A stretch of 63,617 bases of DNA, counting the filler, from Sphacelaria rigidula (taxonomy: Eukaryota), in assembly GCA_964200075.2 (NCBI GenBank). It is 2 parts of 2 records of this genome, joined end to end, with 100 filler letters (N's around TTAATTAATTAA, not from the genome) between each part and the next. Parts side by side here need not be neighbours in the genome. Positions count along the whole stretch, not along the records: positions 31,918 to 63,617 come from CAXNAA020000046.1; 1 more part is not named here. One strand, written 5' to 3'. Below, piece by piece: positions 59,101 to 63,617 of this stretch. Within the stretch, counting starts at the first letter, position 1. The number at the start of each line of letters is the position of its first letter. A model generated the notes under the pieces. It was given only the letters and a program-made list of their open reading frames with translations. It was not told the DNA's origin and ran no database searches. The position numbers and the translations under genes are program-made.

Positions 59101-61676
59101 AGGTGCTCACCCTCCCTCTTTCTTTTCCCGTTACCCCCACGTCCGATGTTGCATGCGTTCGCTGTTACATGTGCGGAACAGATCTTCAGTCAAGAGACCC
59201 GGACATGTTTAAGCCTCTTCACATCGTATCCATGACAATCAGAGATTCCGCCCAAGATTCTGCAGCGGCTGAGGGGGACGTCCTTGATTTATGCAAAATG
59301 GTAAATGAATGGTTCATAGAAGTAACGTACTGCCTACTATTTGGTCGTGCGTCGTACGCGAACGAGAAGCGGTATGATAAGTTAGACGTCGACTCTTGCA
59401 TTGTGTGCGGAGGTGGCCCAATTTGTTCTCGACCGTCACATGGCGCGGTTGTGGACGTCGAAAATGGAGCGCCGTCAAATTTATGGTTGCGCCATCCTTC
59501 GGCAGTTGCCAAGAGTCATTTTGCGAATCGTCGATGGCACGTCCGTTTGAGTTTGGCCTGTCGACCCGCGGCGGTCACCGAATGAGGGACCATCAGTACT
59601 CTGTATGTTAATCGCAAGCTAGCCCCAACAATAAGTTCCAAGATTTTTCCGCCACTTGTCACGAGTTGCACGGATGGCTATTATACAATACACGTTCACT
59701 GAACGCTGGAATCAGGGTGAAGGACGTGCTGTGGCCCGGATCCCCCCCAGCGATCCATTTTCTTTTGGTACTCGTATCTGCAATGGTGGAGGCTCCCATG
59801 TAGCCGCACGAACCTCCTCCAGTCTCGAATCGTATCCGACGAGCCCTTTTTCGAAGATACTAGGAGACCGCGGTGAAAGTCCGGATGTCTCGACCATCAG
59901 TTTCGAGTTACTCGACCTCTCAAAGCATACATATATCTGCCGGTGATCGTACGAACAGACGTGAATACGTTTGGTTCGATATAAACTTCTTCCATCCCCT
60001 CCTCCTTCCCCCCTGATCACTTTCGCAACTGTGAGACGAGAACCGTACACGCGACGCTTGTACCGGCTGTACCAACACCCGTGCGTACGCGTCTTTGGAA
60101 TCGCGCGTTATATCAAAATGTATCAAAATGTAATTCGGAAGAATACCAACTGTGTACCCAAATCATGACCCGGTAATCTGGATTCCATTATAAGATGCAA
60201 CGCGATGTAGCACGGTTTTTTGGATGTACAGGTGGCAACGTAACTATGCCTTGAAGTCGAGCTCACACAGTCCGAGACGTGAGCGGAGAGAAACTGAAAT
60301 CCCACTGTCTGAGGATCACTTCACATCGAGGAAGGTTCCATCTTCTCACGGACCCTCTTTGCATCGGCGTTTATTCTGGTTGTGCTCCCGTGCCGATCAT
60401 GCAGTCATGAAATGTGGGTGAATAGTTCATGCAAGAAACCCCTTAACCCTTGGACCGCGAGGGTAGTCTTTCTGGATCATGCATACTTTTTTCAAGTAAA
60501 AATGACGCCGATTCAACAGATGACCTACTCTCGCCGTCTAAGGGTTAAGACGGCACTAAATGTCAGGGTGCGTCCAATCGCGCATGTTTCGATGGTAGTT
60601 ATGGAATAGTTGAAAACATCCCCGCTGCCTCCATCCCCACCGTCTCCTATCCCCCGCTTTCCGGCGTTTTTGGTTGTTGTTGACACGCAGAAACTTGGCA
60701 TCCCACGACACCTGCCCCCTTGTTAGTTCATGCAGCAATTCCTGAAATACCACGTATGACGGCACCACTTTCGTGTTTTGACGGCGCTGTTGCTCCTTTA
60801 CCGAGAAAATGTCGAACTGTTTTTGGAAACAAATTGGATGAGTTACACTTCATTTCACGCAGTTTGGACAGATTGAAATGAACTGAAGCGTCGAATTTCT
60901 CCCTTGTCTGGTATTCAAACTTCGGGCAGCAGTCCATTTCACTACTCGACTTGTTCCATGATCGCGTATGCTTTGTCGCGGACTGGGCACTGTCATTATG
61001 CCCCCATTTCGTGTATCCTCCCCAGCCTCCGAATTGTATCCGATAATGGTGTCTTCGAGTGTGCCAATGAGCCGCGTCAGCGGTGGGTCCCTTACTGGGA
61101 TCGTCTGCATTAACTTTTTCCTGTGGCGAGTACGGGGAACAAGACTTGTCATCCCCTCCCATCGTCATTCTTTTCAAACGGTCCGAAAGCCACTTGGAAT
61201 GAAAAACACCCGGCGGCTGCGAAGCAAACAGCAGATACAAATGTTCAGAGCGGAAGCTTCCACCTCCCCTCCCACTTTCTCCGGCCCTTTCCGATTTGGA
61301 AAGCAAACGGAGAAGAAAAGACGGCGCTTCGTTGGATGGAGATGTGGCCCATCTCCTCAGGAACAAGTTGCTCTAAAATATTAGGCCAAATGCATCACCC
61401 GTTGAGGTTGCGAGCACCTTATTCTATCATGCGTAGGAATACCACGTTGAAACCATGCTATGCTCCAAGTGCCTTCGATCTAAACGTTTCCTTCTCTTTC
61501 CCTGCATTTCCCATCTCCACACCCTTCTTCGCCCTGCCGTCTGTTACATGTCAAATCATACAAAACGACTAAAGCTTGACGAGAGCGAAGACCTACATGA
61601 AGACGCGCCGAAGCTGCTGGCTGAGTTCAAAGCGCGAAGCAAGAGAACAGTGCTGCACCAAGTGTGCCACATATGA
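44170..61676 (+). CDS. SSU72: Ssu72 RNA polymerase II CTD phosphatase, 4 exons, about 371 aa, with a long Ser/Thr-rich N-terminal extension
   Basis: Exons 44170-44807, 53839-54095, 59182-59300 and 61575-61676 total 1116 nt with phases 2/1/0. Motifs: FAVVCSSNVNRS (CX5R), VRSYGTG, VKLPG, FGTPY, PERWQ, FDVVVCFESRVFDLVVEDL and PLHIVSMTIRD. Confidence 0.9.
45560..46200 (+). mobile_element. piggyBac-like transposase 3' relic
   Basis: PLSVVYANTTQP*DLGRQL resembles P..V..YN..MGGVDL.DQL. It is followed by PLFYG...YLAF and a Cys/His-rich tail (GHVP...RPVCATC...CKV). Confidence 0.4.
47231..47335. mobile_element. piggyBac-type MITE copy (SSU72 intron 1)
   Basis: ccctcggaccgc...gaatcggcatcaatttcaa...cctcgcggtccaaggg. 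Confidence 0.7.
47900..49550 (-). mobile_element. Mutator-like (MULE) transposase relic
   Basis: ORF 49044-49259 reads FTNHITCNALFFGGML...LVTDRS...FLFKHFTRC, resembling the MULE DDE core (GVNHH...LFGCAL...ITD.D...FP...H..C). A degenerate SWIM-like segment lies near 47990-48030. Confidence 0.45.
49686..49757 (-). mobile_element. tRNA-like SINE head, possibly a third family
   Basis: The minus strand reads taattcaagtggt...gaggtcacgagttcgaataccggc (B box). I could not find a complete cloverleaf. Confidence 0.4.
51604..52920. mobile_element. Non-autonomous hAT-like element
   Basis: TIRs TAGGGCTGTGAAC / GTTCACAGTCCTA match 12/13. Subterminal AACTGG repeats. Flanks tttattcg and tttattag match 7/8 (possible 8-bp TSD). 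Confidence 0.7.
52926..53322. mobile_element. MITE with perfect 17-bp TIRs (hAT-like TAG termini)
   Basis: TAGAGCTCGGAAATGGT (52926-52942) is the reverse complement of ACCATTTCCGAGCTCTA (53306-53322). Confidence 0.75.
54530..58400 (-). mobile_element. Highly decayed Ty1/Copia-type retrotransposon in SSU72 intron 2; boundaries approximate
   Basis: Minus-strand remnants occur in Copia order: integrase-like (~57200-57350, ~56050-56300), RT-like (~55000-55470; AVRQEVARGHSN...KALVHVI resembles AVR.VARH.HNP...WKAV..I), and RNase H-like (~54540-54870). No intact ORF. Confidence 0.55.
60443..60548. mobile_element. piggyBac-type MITE (~105 bp), best-preserved copy
   Basis: TTAA-CCCTTGGACCGCGAG ... 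CTCGCCGTCTAAGGG-TTAA: inverted termini with TTAA on both sides. Confidence 0.8.
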
Positions 61677-63030
61677 AGGAGGACCGTGATTGATTGAATT
61701 ATCGCGGCTGTGCTGTCCATGTAGTATGGGGGAAATCGCATTCCTTCTCCGGTTAATTTTGCCTAAAGTGATTCTGTGGCGCCCTCATTTGACTGTGTTC
61801 GAATGGTTGCGCGCAGCGGAGAGGTGCATATAGCCGACCCCATAGAGATGACTTGCGGTGTTTGTGATCTTCTGATATTTGTACAGTAGTGCTGTTCCTT
61901 TCGATCGTGTAAGTATATCGTTTCGTCCGTTTCTTCTGACTATATATATTTGCCAGGCTGCTGTTGAATGTTTTGGTTGCGTTCGTATATTGAGGTTGTC
62001 AAACCTGCGGTTTGTTCGGTGAAGCCTATTTTTGTCGTCACACTGTATGCGTAATCCAAGCCATTGCGTGAGGCTACTGTCAGTGGCTAGCTCCATGATC
62101 GACTCAACAAGAATTGTACGGGGGATGTTTATGTGCCAGTCTTCGGACTGATATAGCGCCGTTTCCGTCGACAAATGCTAGCATTTTTTTGCGGGGTTTG
62201 GCCAAGAGCTCTGACTCTTCGCAGACGTCAGTCAGCGTGAAAGAGGTAAACACTACGCCATCTTGTCCTTTTGTGGCCGGCGCGTTTTTGGAACCGGCGC
62301 ACTCTTTGCGCACCTGTTCTGGGATATCCCTACTTTTCGTTCCACGAGCGACAGGGAGAAATACGTGCTGTCTTCTGCACGGAAGGAGAAGCCAGACCAC
62401 TCCGTCACCCTACACATCGCAACATCGTGCAAGAATGTCATTGCGTGTAGTCAATCTCGCACAGCACAAGCGCAGTGGCGTATTCCCCTTTTTTCAAGTT
62501 GCGTGGTTTGCGGATACTTTCGTGTCCTGCATATACGACGACACAATCCTTTCTCAGTCCCTCGGTTCGTCTCGCCTTTGCTCAGACGGGATAATTAATT
62601 ACGCGTGTGTGCTCATGCACAGCGGCGAATCACTGCCCGTCAGCATGCGCCACCACGCATCGTGGCTTGGTATTGCTGATACGCCGTTCATCTACGTCGA
62701 ATGATGGGGCAGTAAAATGCGTGGTGGCGCATTTATTCGCCCTGCTTGCTTTTGGAACAACCGAAATATGCAGTTCAAGTGGGGCGCTCTGTTTCGAAGA
62801 GGATAGATTATCCGAGTTATTTTGCTCTGGGTGGGCGCGTGGTTGAGGGGGGCGGGGGGAAGGGGGGGGGAGAGGTGGATTCAGAGTCCGGCATATCACA
62901 AGTTGGCTTCATAGCGAACATGAGGGATCGATGCAACGGGGGATATTGAGGAGCCAAAGGCGGATTGGGATGTTCAGGGGTGTCTACACACACCTGTGTA
63001 GACTTTACCCTTGTGTACTAATGCCGTAAT

Positions 63031-63390
63031 GTGTGTTGTGTGTTGTTGTCCCATCTGTTCTGGACACCGGTCTACGCCTTTCGGTATGTGTGGGCGCATC
63101 AGCCGGGGTCACACAGGAGGAAGGTCAACACAGGAGTTTTTTCTTTTTCGTTTGTTCTTAGCACTCCACCTTTCTTCTGAGGTGCTTGGCTTTTATTTTT
63201 TATCGCGAGAGGGGTTCAGCCGTCCCTTTTCCTCGTCCACCGTTGAGTCGAATTTTATGTACCCACGACATAGTCGCTCTCCACTGTTGGGCATGGTGTG
63301 AGAAAAAAATCCCAGATCGCTCCGAGGTTTGCACCCACAACCCACCCGTCAAAAGGTTTCGAGGTTACCAACTGAGCCACCGGGGCGACC
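63031..63390 (-). mobile_element. tRNA-derived SINE, family A, apparently full length, with a CA-rich tail
   Basis: The minus strand begins GGTCGCCCCGGTGGCTCAGTTGGTAA (A box), followed by a degenerate B box GGTGCAAACC. The body is shared with 14090-14200, 27765-28010, 33796-33915 and 40153-40260. Confidence 0.8.
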
Positions 63391-63617
63391 AGTATTTCGT
63401 AGTATACGGGGCTTATCGAGTGATCGAGAGTGAACGATAAGGGAGGGTGTCGGGAGGAGAGGAAGGGGGGAGGGGAGGGGGGGGGGGAGAGATGAACCTT
63501 TATCCCGCACTGAGTTCCGAGGCGATGCTGTTGCTGTTCTTGGTGCGAATTGAGGTTTAACTTCGAGATGAGGTTCAAGCCTAAAACAGTGCTTTCCCCA
63601 CACTTTCAGCGATGGTG

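Noticed and set aside
63310-63390. Genuine tRNA genes here, at ~38855-38930 and at ~49690-49755
   Set aside because: A/B-box-like motifs are present but I could not fold a full cloverleaf. Two of the three are joined to repeated SINE bodies.

Overview
This is a eukaryotic, intron-rich, transposon-laden window of roughly 50% GC. The intron style and TE signatures resemble brown algae (Phaeophyceae/stramenopiles), but that assignment is inference only. The main result is a 22-exon + strand gene (11884-30230, about 1270 aa, spliced by hand with consistent phases). It encodes one polypeptide: AccD-like CT-beta, AccA-like CT-alpha, pyruvate-carboxylase CT and tetramerisation domains, and a biotin carrier. 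It has no biotin carboxylase domain, so it is predicted to be a single-chain, ATP-independent transcarboxylase. The window also holds a 4-exon Ssu72 phosphatase gene with a long N-terminal extension (44170-61676) and a divergent 3-exon gene for a basic, probably mitochondrial protein (37950-43856, minus). A partial SGNH-like gene lies right of an artificial 100-nt contig linker (31818-31917). The rest is a decayed Ty3/Gypsy element, a decayed Copia, MULE and piggyBac transposase relics, hAT-like MITEs, about 9 copies of a ~105-bp TTAA/piggyBac-type MITE and several tRNA-derived SINE families. All calls come from reading the sequence by eye; no searches were run.
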